Below are positions 35,431 through 46,521 of a stretch of 57,249 bases of DNA, piece after piece; positions within the stretch are counted from its first letter, which is position 1, and every line of letters begins with the position of its first letter. A program made the translations under genes and the position numbers. The DNA lies in contig JBHGNT010000185.1 of the NCBI GenBank assembly GCA_043228905.1, forward strand, positions 1 to 57,249, given 5' to 3'. The stretch comes from Azolla caroliniana. Taxonomy: Eukaryota > Plantae > Polypodiophyta. The notes beneath the pieces are model-generated. The model made no database searches. It was not told where the DNA came from and worked only from the letters and a program-made list of their open reading frames with translations.

Positions 35431-37744
35431 GAAAAGAGGGCCAACTCATCACTCGTGGACGAAGAGAGGGCCAAATGTTCATTCTAGACTCACACGAGAT
35501 GAAATCAGCCATGTTCGCAAAAGGCACGAAAGCCGAGTCCGACATAGAGTTATGGCACAAGCAAATTGGCCATATCAACCTTCAAAAGCTCAAGGCGATG
35601 CAATCGAAAGGAGTCGTCATCGGACTCCCGACCTTCAAAGAGAGAGAGAGATTGAAGGCGTATGTACAGCTTGCCAATTCGGCAAGCAACATCGGCACCC
35701 ATTTCCGAAGGAACGGAATGTGAGCAAAGGCGTACTCGACGTAATTCATTCCGATGTATGGGGTCCGGCTTAGACAGCTACATTCACCAGATGCCGATAC
35801 TACGTGACCTTCATCGACAACTTCTCTAGGCACACCTGGATCTACCCCATGCGGCAAAAGAGCCAAGTGTTCGGACGCTTCCAAAAATTTAAGAATGAAG
35901 TCGAGAAAACCACGAGCCGACATGTACGATGTCTTCGGTCGGATGCAGGCAAGGAGTACTTCTCCGACGAATTTTCGGCGTTTCTACGGAAAGAAGGAAT
36001 ACGACGAGAATTTTTGTGTCAACATACGCCACAACAAAATGGAGTAGCCGAACGCAAGAATCGGCACATCCTCGAATTGGCACGGGCTATGCTTAACGAA
36101 AAGCACATGCCGAAATTCCATTGGGCAGAAGCGGCTAACACGCCCGTATACCTCATGAATCGGTGTACGACATCCGGCGTGCATGAACTCACGTCACACA
36201 AGAAGTTTTTTGGAAAGAAGAATGATCTTTCACATGGTCAGATATTCGAGTCCATTGCGTATGTGCACATCCCCGACGAGAAGCGTCAAAAGCTCGACCT
36301 GAAGTGGGAGAAATGTATCCTTGTAGGATACTCATTGGAGCGAAAGGGGTACAAGTGTTATAACCCCTCAACTCGAAAATCTCGAGTAAGTCGAGACGTT
36401 GTTTTCGACGAGTCCGCATCTTGGTACAAACTAGAGACAACTTCGACTCCGATTCCGCTCGACCCGGAATACACCGAAATAGAGATAGAAGTCGAAGATC
36501 GGCTCACACGCATGTTCGAAGAAAGCCCGATTACGACAAGACTTAGTGGGCCACAAGAGCCCCCGAGCGATCAAAGCACATCTCAGCCGAGTCCGAAGCT
36601 GGACAAAGGGAAGGCGAAAATGCCGAACTATGAAGATGATCATTTCGACGGCATCAAATCGACTCACTCCCTCGATAGTGAGTTCGAAGGCCTTGACATC
36701 CAGGCAAATGGAGTGAAGAAAGCCTTAGAATCCGCAAACGAGAAGCTCCGCCGATCCACCCATGAAAAGAACCCCGTAAGCTGATTCAGCTACGATCAGT
36801 ACATGGCGTGCCATTACGCATTTTTGATGAAGGTGGCAACAGTACGGGAGCCAGAAACCTTTTCCGAACCCGCGAAGCAATGAACGAGGAGATGCGTGCA
36901 TTACGCAAGAACGAGACATGGGATCGAATGGAGGCAAGGAATGTTTCTCGGATGAGTTTACGGCGTATCTATGGAAAGAAGGAATTTGGCGAGAGTTTTC
37001 GTGTCCACATACGCCACAACAAAACGGAGTGGCCGAACGAAAGAATCAGCACATCCTCGAAGTAGCACGGGCCATGATGAACGAAAAGCACGTGCCGAAG
37101 TTTTACTAAGCAAAAGCGGGTAACACGATTGTATACCTCATGAATCGGTGTACGACATCTGGCGTGCATGATCACGCTGCACAAGAAGTTTTTCGGAAAG
37201 AAGCAGGACCTATCGCATGTTCAGATATTCGACTCCATTGCGTATGTGCACATCCCCGACAAAAAGCGACAAAACCTCGACCCGAAGTCGGAGAAATGTA
37301 TCCTCATCGGATACTCACTAGAGAAAAAGGGGTACAAGTGCTACAACCCCTCGACTCGAAAAGTTCACGTAATTCAAGACGTCGTTTTTTACGAGTCTGC
37401 ATCCTGGTACACACCAGAGACAACTTCGACTCTGATTCCGCTCGACCCAGAATCCACCGAATAAGAGATAGAGGATGAAGGTCGCCTTATGCGCATGTTT
37501 AAAGAAAGTCCGATCACGACCCGACTAAGCGGACCACAAGAGCCTCCGAGAGATCAAAGCACATCTCAACCGAGTTCGAAGCTAGACAAAGGGAAGGCCA
37601 AAATGTCAGAGTATGAAGACGATCATTTCGACAGCATCGAATCGACTCACTCCCTCGATAGTGAGTTCGAAGGCCTTGACATCTGGACAAATGGAGTGAA
37701 GAAAGCCTTAGAATCCACTCTACGGCCTTAAGCAAGCACCGCGT
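35430..37744 (+). pseudogene. Ty1/Copia pre-integrase/integrase (two tandem partial copies) and RT fragments (Copia-1, 5' part)
   Basis: LWHKQIGHIN, CTACQFGKQ, IHSDVWGP, LRSDAGKEY, TPQQNGVAERKNR, SRDVVFDE; second integrase copy ~36922-37715; ends in LYGLKQAPR. Confidence 0.92.
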
Positions 37745-37922
37745 TGTCATAGTGTAATTCGCACACTACGTGAAAATTACATTTTTATCCCTCCGGATGG
37801 AATCGGGAAGGAGGAACCAGTAAGGAGAACCGGTAAGAACCGTATCAAGCAGAACCAGCAAGATCGGATAAAGAAGGCAGGTGAGAGTCTCTCACCGGAT
37901 GAAGAGACAAATTTGTAAATAG

Positions 37923-38005
37923 AAAAAAAGATTGTTAGATGCATAGGGCAGGATTCGAACCCTGTACCTCCATGTTAACAATTTTCTTACCACTATACTA
38001 GCATA
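37923..38005 (-). promoter_or_regulatory. tRNA-like Pol III internal promoter (A box, B box, T-run) antisense in the LTR of C; also at 50095-50175, 30900-31000 and 34455-34570
   Basis: Minus strand TAGTATAGTGG (38000-37990), GGTTCGAATCC (37961-37951), T7 (37929-37923). Confidence 0.6.
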
Positions 38006-38531
38006 TTATGAATTTTAAAGTTATACTAAACTTTATCCCATGTAAATATTCTAGATATGCATGGTACAAAAAGTTATTCATGCATACACACTCGAGTTAA
38101 AAAGAAAAAGATGGGATAGAAAGCTAATCATGCACATGTAGTGTGCATGAAAACTAAAGTTAGGAAAAGCATGATGCTTGCATGTGATAAACTTAGACTC
38201 TTCCAATACTATATAAGAAAGAGAGGAAGATGTATAGGGGTTGTTGATTATTTTACAAGGATTGATTAATAAAAAATATTCATGGAATTCATGATTTTGC
38301 CATCTATTTCTCTCTTACATTCTAAGTATCAATTAATACACTATACTCGTGGGATTCACGAGTTTTTCATATCTTTCTTTCTTTTAATATATTTCATATT
38401 CTTAATTGACTTAGAATTTTCTTTTCTCCTAGTCCAAAACCTCAGTGGTTCCCACCCGATTCACGCAACGATCCGGAGCCGAAAGGCACGACACAAGTGG
38501 TGAACCCGACGTGAACGCGGGTGGCAAGGAG

Positions 38532-40574
38532 ATGGAAAATCAACCAGAGGCTAACAACATGATGATGATGTTCGAGCGGATGCTTCAAGAGCAACGTGCA
38601 ATGTCGAAGATAGCGGCAGCAGTAGAGCGGCTTGTGCAACAGATCGGGCAATTCAACGGAAAGGAGGTATCACGCTATCTTCGAGACTACAAGGCAGAAA
38701 TGATATGGTGCGGGATTTCAGAAGGACTGCAAGTGACATCCTTCAACCGGGTAGCTACCGACGGGCTTCAAGCAAGTATCCACGAGCTACGACAACAAAA
38801 TCCGACGTGGGAAGTGTTTGAAGAGGCGCAAAAGACCACGATCGCTATCGAGGACTCCTCCAAGGCAACGCAGAGAGGATTTGAGGATTGGGTGGAAACA
38901 CCGGACAAGGGGATGAAGGTCCTCGATGTGTTTTCGGCATTCGAAAGTCGGTTCAAGAGGTTGTCTGCGAGAGATCAAGCTATCCTCGCACCGAACAAAG
39001 CTATCATGTTCTTACGAACCGTAGACGTCCGGGACTGGAAGGATCTTGGAGTGCTTCTAAAGGACACGACTACCGAGAGTGGCCTCACCGAAACATGGGA
39101 AAGCATGTGGGATATCATCGCGTGATACACAAAGAGGGGGCAATGGCTTGCCAACGAAGAAAAGAGGGTTTCAGAACCGATTTTGAAACCGAGATCCGGA
39201 TCGGAAGACCATCAACCGCGGGCTCGGGAGACTATGACCGAGAAGGGAATCGACGCAACCACAGTAGAGCAGTTGCTGAAAGAAATGGAGAATCTGAAAA
39301 TCGCGATGGTAAAGAAGTCGGATGACCGTCCCACAAGCTCCAAGTATATGGACCGTCGGTGCATATGGTGTGATAGCACCGAACATGATCGGAGGGATTG
39401 CGACGAGCACAAGGAGGCATTACGACGGGATCTTATCTATTACGAGGGAAATCGGATCCATTCGATGGACTCTCGGAAGCCAATCCGACCGAACCTCCGG
39501 AAAGGCGGCATGAAGAAGGTCCTCGAGGAGGAAATAGCGGCGAAAAGCGATTATGCAACAACCGTGGGAATACGTGTCGGGGAGTCATCTACATCAAAGA
39601 CGTCTTTTTGGCCGGAAGTGCAAGAAATTTCGAAGAAAGCCGACCATGATGAAATCCAAAGCGCCGCGGAATGTATTTGGGAAGCTACGGGATGGGAGTG
39701 CCCCATAGGTAAGAATAGCGTACATGCGCTATGTCAATTGCATGAAGTGTATGTGGATGAAAAACGACGACGCACGGATGATGCGACCGGACCATCAAAG
39801 ACACTGGAAAGCTGGAGCTCCGGAGGGAAGGGAAAAGAAAAGACGATTCCGGCATTCAAGCTCACCTCAGACATAGAACAACAAACAGACTTGAAAAAGG
39901 TGTTTGAGGAGAGAATCCTCGATAGTCGGGTAGAATTTTCGCTTCGGGAATTACTCGAAATAGCAAAGAAGGAGTTCCACGATCTTCTTGTGGATCTCGT
40001 GAAGAGAAAAAGACAAAGTACGGAGGAAAATGCTCCAAGGGTGAATGGAAATACCGTTTTAATGAATGACACCGAAGTGGAGGACGAGATTTCGAACTCC
40101 CACTACACAAGGCCACACTGGGCACGTGCAACTACGAAGACCCCGGTCCGAATCGGCAACATCAAAGAGCCCGTGCTAGCATTGATTGATCACGGATCAG
40201 AGATCAATTTGATGTCCAAGGAGTTCTACTAGAAGGGGAAGTGGCCTATAAACACTAACCATGGATGGAAGATCCGGGTAGCCACTAAAACAACGAAAGA
40301 TCTATTTGCGGCTTGTCCGGATGTGACGGTGAAGATCAGGGATGTCGAGATTGACCAAAATTTCTTCGTACAAGACGAGGTCTCACATTCCGTGATCCTT
40401 GGGCAACCCTTTATCACGGCTTCACGGATGGAGACAAAGGTGCTCGATAGCGGTGCGGCTTTCGCATGAATTCGGAGCCAAAGCGGAGGGAAATCCGTCC
40501 AATTCCTAACTGTGCCGGCAAATCATGAAAAGAACAAGAGAGAGCTCTTGTCCCAAACAAGGATGGATTTTTAG
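38532..40574 (+). pseudogene. Element C gag-protease ORF (in-frame stops)
   Basis: IGQFNGKEVSRYLRDY; knuckle CIWCDSTEHDRRDC; protease ALIDHGSEINLMS...VILGQPF; single frame ending MDF*. Confidence 0.9.
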
Positions 40575-41355
40575 AGCGGATTGTTGCGGAGTGGGGAAGT
40601 GATAGTCCGAGAAGCCCTGATACCCCATACAGGAAGAAAACTCTCGGGGCAAAAGAAGTACGAATCAGTCCGGATGGGGCATCTACATACACAGCCATAA
40701 CCGCAAGAAAGAAGAAATAATACCGAAAAGTAGAGGAAAAGTAGAGGATAATACCGAAAAGTAGAGGATAAGTTGCGGTCGGCATCAATAATAAAAGAAG
40801 ACGAAGAAATTGTGGGGGTAGTCGAAGAAGTGTTCTATGGGAACACGCTACAACGGCTTGAAGATCTTGTGGAGGATAAAAGCCAAGGAGAGCGGGTAGT
40901 CCCGGTGGAATCGGTGGAGATGTATGAGATCATTGCGAAAATGGGGCCGGATGCACTCCACAAAGAAGAAGCAATGGTAAGTACGAAATACAAGACCGTG
41001 GAGAAGAACGTGAAACCGGCCGTAGGACCATTACCCGCCGATAGCGAGCAAAAGAGGAAAGAAGTCTCGAGAGGTCCAACAATACGGAAGTCCATGGATA
41101 TTGGACATACCTTCACGGATGAGACCCGGAAGAAACTTCGAATCGGTGGAGGTGGTTTCCTCTTACAAAAAGAAGAAGAACGGTTTAGTGAGATGTTGGA
41201 GCAACATGGCAAAGCGTTCGCATTCACATCAAGGGAGATAGGGTGCGTTGATCCGAAGATAGTGGAGCCGATGGTGATCTTCACGATTGACCATGTGTCC
41301 TGGAACCTGAAGCTGATTCCGGTGCCGCGGGCGCATATTCCCCAAAATCATCGAC
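40565..41355 (+). pseudogene. Element C pol, pre-RT/N-terminal RT part
   Basis: [49 protein letters not shown]. Confidence 0.85.
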
Positions 41356-41483
41356 TTGCCTGTATCTCTCTCAACGCCTCTGTACGAGCCTTCACGTACC
41401 ACGCCCTTGAAGACCGATAGTCGCAGATCTATTGAAGGTGTTCGCCCAAAGGAACGGGTAACACAATTTGGCATGCCCGGTGG

Positions 41484-42360
41484 AACAGCGAATCGATATA
41501 TTATCGTGGCCATGGATTACTGCACCAAATGGGTCGAGGCTAAGGCACTCCGAGATAACACGGCGGCATCTACGGCTAAATTTGTGTACGAGCACCTATG
41601 GTGCCGTTACGGATGTCCAAGGTGGGCACTTCATCAATCATATAATACGTGAGCTTACACACCACTACGCGGTGGTGCACAAGAAAAGCACACCATACTA
41701 CCCGCAGGCGAACGGTTTGGCAGAATCGACAAATAAAATCCTCCAAACCATACTGAAGAAGATCGTCAATGAAAACAGGACCGATTGGGATGACAAACTC
41801 CAGAGCGCGTTGTGGGCGTATCGTACGACCTTCAAAACAAGCATCCAATCAACCCCCTTTCGAATGGCATTCGGGTTAGAAGCTGTAATGCCTGTCGAGT
41901 TCCAAGTCCCGAGCCTCAGAGTTCAAGTCAAAGCACGGCTCCCCGAGGCCGAATCCGAACAAAACCGGCTGGAACAACTCCTCGAACTCGGGGAAGCGAG
42001 GATAGAGAGTATGGCCCAGCTCGAACAACGCCAACGGCAACGCAAGGCTTTCGTGGATCGACATCGACACGGGCTGGAGAAGGAGCTCACCATCGGCAAA
42101 CCAGTCCTTCTTTTCCAAACACGACTCGGGTCAATGCCGGGAAAATTAAGATTTCGATGGACCGGTCCATTCTGGATTATCGACGAGTTCAACAGGACGT
42201 TCCTGCTCGGCACACTCGTCGGCGACACGGTCAAAAGCTAGGCCAATGGGTTTCGGCTTAGACCATATCGCGGGACTACACCACCCAACCCGTTTACCAA
42301 GCCACATGGCACCAACGAGACTCGGGAGATCACCACGGAGGACGTCACGGGTCCCCCTGA
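41484..42360 (+). pseudogene. Element D integrase (partial)
   Basis: [60 protein letters not shown]. Confidence 0.92.
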
Positions 42361-42896
42361 ATAAGGACTCACCCACCTTCTGGAAATTAATAAAAGTAGT
42401 AGTAGGTAGGATTAACCATAGTTTAGCCACTGTTTAGCTACACCTACACCACCCACCTAGGCAACCCACTTTTAGGAGCATCCCTCGCCACCACTCAGTT
42501 AGTACCTATTTAAACTGTTCACACATGCAAACCACATGCAAGGCACACTAGAAGCACCCCACTCACCTTCAGGACACGTGGTGCTAGTCACTTATTATGG
42601 CACCCACGACTCAGAATCTTCAGGATACGCTGCAGGTACAAAACCCTAGGAAGAAGTTACCAAAACCGTTTCCAAAACGCGGCACAGACCATTATCGCCC
42701 TCCATCTCCATTGCTCTCAAGATCAGAAACCCCATCTCGCTCTCAACACACTAAGCGCTCTTGCTCTCAAGCCCTCTTCCGCTCTCATAACCTCTCTGCT
42801 GGACTTCCACTTCTTGTTGCTCCTGCGGTAGCTCGCCCTCGCCTCATCACTTTGCTTCACGCTTCCACACAGTGGAACCCAGCTTCCATCTCCACT

Positions 42897-45800
42897 ATGC
42901 CGCTTACCGCCTCAGCCGAAACCCGCGCCTGGCTCCAGGAACGAGGAATGGGCGGTTATCTGAAGATCATCGATGCCCCCGCGCACCCAGATGCCCAAAA
43001 TGCGGCGAAACGTATAAATCCCGAAGCCATCACCAACAACGTGCTTCGGGCTGTGTTGGACCTGCAACGGGGAGGGGACCATGAGGTCGACATACCCCCG
43101 GCATCAAAGATGAAGGCGTACTTCGGGGAGTACTCAGCCACAGGGAAGGCATATCGCACGTATGGCGGGCCCAACAAAGCTTTCGGGGAGATTGCGCGTA
43201 TCTTGATGGAGTATGCGTTTGTGCATACGAACCCAACGAGCATGCCGCAGAACAAGGTAGCCATCATCATCAGCGCTTATGAAGGAAACAGAATCTATTG
43301 GGGAATCATCACAGGTGAAGGACTCCGCGCCGCCTTAGCTTCATTTCAGTCCGGTAAGAAGATGTTGTCTGTTCTTACCCACTTTTTGATGGTGTTATAC
43401 CCACCCTCTTCGCTCCCTTCCCCTCGCGCACTCACGTTCCCACCACCACCACGAAGGCAGAGAGAGAAATTCGTGGCCATCACCCACGGAGCATGGGAGG
43501 AGCCCACATCTCCTTCACCCCTTGCCGTCGACCAGACAACCGCATCGGCACCACCACCCGCCCAACCCCAACAAAAAAGGGTAGTTTTCGAGACCTGCCA
43601 AGAATGGGAGGGGGCGGTAGCCGCGGAAGACAACACAGTTGATGACGTCACCATTCGGCAGACAACGTCGCGGCCTTCGGTAACGTCCCCAGGACCTAGC
43701 CCACGCACCAACACACAGCAGGCTGCACCACCACGACCACAGAAAAGGAAGCAGGCGGAGGAAACAACACTACCGGCCCCGGAACCCCAACCACAGCCAG
43801 GCAAAAGAAGACGACTCAACCGCGAGTCCTCGGAAGAACGGAAGGAGCCACAACAAGAGCAAGCCTTTGTGGTCAGACCGAGCAACTTTGCTATCACCCC
43901 TACGGAGGCATCGCTGAACCAGGGAACGATCGAGCATGGGCAGACAACACAGATCTCGGAGGATGAAGTCCTCGGATATAAGGACCTCCCCGCGGAGGCT
44001 TACGAATTTAGTGCGCTCCTCCGCCTCGGTACGTCATTCGAGCTGGTCGACTTCCTCGCCAGAGCCCAAGTCGCGGCAGCCACTCGGATGGCGGAAGAGC
44101 ACGCTGAAACAAAAATGGTTCAACGCGCGCTAATAGGTGAAATTGAGCCCCAGGAGGACAGGGCTTTACAAAAAATCGGGAGGAAGAAGCAGGCAAAATA
44201 GGCCGCTCTCCTCATGGAGGTCCCCGAGTTGAACACGGCCCTTATCGAGGCATATCGGGACCTAGATCGCACTACGCGGGCAGCCAAAGACATGGCCCGA
44301 AAGATAAAAGTAGCCCAAAAACAGGCTAAGATGGCTACAGAGCTATGGCACGCTGCGAACCAGAAGCTGGCAGCCTGGGAGCAAAACCGGCTGGAACAAC
44401 AAGTCCCGAGCCTCCCAGTAACGACTACCGAGGGCCTCCCAGCGCCCCCACGCATAACGATGATGGATGGAAGCACCATCACCGACTCCATCCTGAAGGT
44501 GCAGGCTAGTACACAAACGGAGTCGTTACAAATGGTCGATGCCTGCACAACAACCGAGGCAGCCACGGCCGTGGAGCAACCCAAACTAACCACACTAACC
44601 AAGGAGGTGGCAACCCAGACAGAACCCCCGCTCCGGGATTACCGTGCGGAGCTTAAAGAAGAATAACGGTGAACCGAGAGACACGAGCAACGACATCAAG
44701 AGGCGATGGCTCGCCTAAAAGAAGAAGCTTCCAAACATATGGCCGAGATAAGAGCCCAGGCCAACCAAAGGATACACGAGCAGCACGAAGCATTGGGTCG
44801 GGTACAAGCGCAAGCCGCGGCCAAGGAAGCCGAACTCAAAAGCAAGCTGGAGGAATACGCCGCCACAGTAGTGAAGAAAGAGACGGAGGTCCTAGACCTA
44901 CAAGCCGCGCTCGACAATGCCCACGACTGGAACCAGCGGCAGGAGGAAAGAAATCACGAACGAGAGGAGAGGATGAACGTGGAGAATGCCGAGTTGCAGA
45001 GTCAGCGTACGACCCTTAAAGAGATGGCTGCCGAGTTTTTCATGAAGTGCAAGCTACTTTCCGAGCAAAAAGAGGCCTTATCAGATTCCTACTTCGCCCT
45101 ACAAGAAGAGAGAATCGTCGAACGGGAACAAATCCGGGCCACGTGTCAGAAAGAACGGGAGCAGGCCACCGAAGAACTCATGAAGCGTTACGAGCAGGCT
45201 CTCTAGCTCGTAACCATGGATGCAAAGAATAGTCAGACCATCTATGAGCTATAGACACAGAAGATTCAGGCCGAGGACGACGACTTAAAACAAGAATTAG
45301 CAGCCATTCGAGCACAGCCCGGCATGGATGAGACACGCATCCGCATACTGCTCGAGAAACAGCGCCAGCACCTCACCAAAAAGGTCGAGGAAACATTGAA
45401 TCGCGCAGGAGACGAATGGGCAGCCCAAGCTGCCGAATTGCACATTTTACGCGCCGACGCCGAGAACCGACGGAAGGAGGGCCGCGGCTTCTACAAAATG
45501 GACGAAGCCAGCATTCAAAATCTACGTGCAGATTTAACCGAGGATTACCAGTCCTTGGCAAAATCGCACACCGCGGCAATCGAGCAAATAATGGAGGACT
45601 TCAATGACGGTCAGATGTTGTTTCGCCTGGAAGCAGAAGCCTTCGAACTAGAACGACTCGCTGCCATCTCCACCAGCCCTCCAACGGCCACAGAGCAGAA
45701 AGAAGAACCTCCCAGCGAGGAGATCACGGACACGGCACAGGAGGAACTTGCCCCGACGAACGGGCATCCCATGGACGTCCACACGGTACCAGAGCCTGTC

Positions 45801-45986
45801 GAAGGAGAGGCCAGCGCCCATGAACCCACACCCCCACCAGAAGAATCGGCTGCACCCGAGGCGGCTGCCCGAGAAGATATGCCACCCTCGGACCAAACTC
45901 AACCCCCCGCACCAACAGTCCAACCAGACCACCCTGCCGCCACCCCGGACCCCGAAAGCATCCTCGACATCTTAAAGGAGGAATGA
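42897..45986 (+). pseudogene. Element D extra 3' ORF (~1030 aa; globular N-terminus, Pro-rich linker, coiled coil, acidic Pro-rich tail), 5 in-frame stops
   Basis: ORFs 42597..44201, 44214..44666, 44706..45206 and 45324..45986 share one frame; stops at 44199, 44664, 44670, 45204, 45252; could start at 42597. Confidence 0.8.
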
Positions 45987-46521
45987 AACGAGGATCACGC
46001 CTAAAAGGCCATTTTTGTAATATTGTTAGTATTTTGAAGGTCGTGGGTCCGACGGACAAGGTCCTGTCCCACGGGCGTGCCAGGTGTTGTCCGGAGGACA
46101 GAAATGTAAAATTAGGAAATTAGCAGACGCCGAGTCCGAGTGTCACGGGCCACCAAGGGCTCGGTTGTGTGTAAGGGGAAAAGTTATTTAAACGAGGAAC
46201 AGTACCTCAGAAAGGGAGAGAAGAAAATTATAGGCGGAAGCACTAACTTAGTCATTCGAATTAGATAAACTTGTAAGGTCACCGGCCAGAGGCCGTGTTC
46301 TGTAATCCTTTCTGCCAGAGTAATACATCTTATTTGTGCCTATTTTGGTTGCATGATTCTCTGTTTCGATCTATACCTATGAGTTTCACGTCGTCGCGTC
46401 TATCAAAAACTCGCTAGTGTTTTCTCTCTCAACGCCTCTGTACGAGCCTTCACGTACCACGCCCTTGAAGACCAATAGTCGCAGATCTATCGAAGGTGTT
46501 TGCCCAAAGGAACGGGTAACA

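Larger units (their letters stand above)
41355..46521 (+). mobile_element. Element D: internally deleted Tat/Athila-like Gypsy element (5' LTR remnant, PBS, integrase, extra 3' ORF, 3' LTR) nested in RT of C
   Basis: ~100-bp LTR end ...GGAACGGGTAACA at 41463 and 46521; PBS TGGCATGCCCGGTGG 41469-41483 (tRNA-Arg-like); host RT resumes VAMGILEPS; start of 3' LTR not resolved (~46.0-46.15 kb). Confidence 0.85.

Noticed and set aside
37940-38005. Functional tRNA gene
   Set aside because: No acceptor stem or anticodon arm can be folded; only promoter boxes and a T-arm-like hairpin
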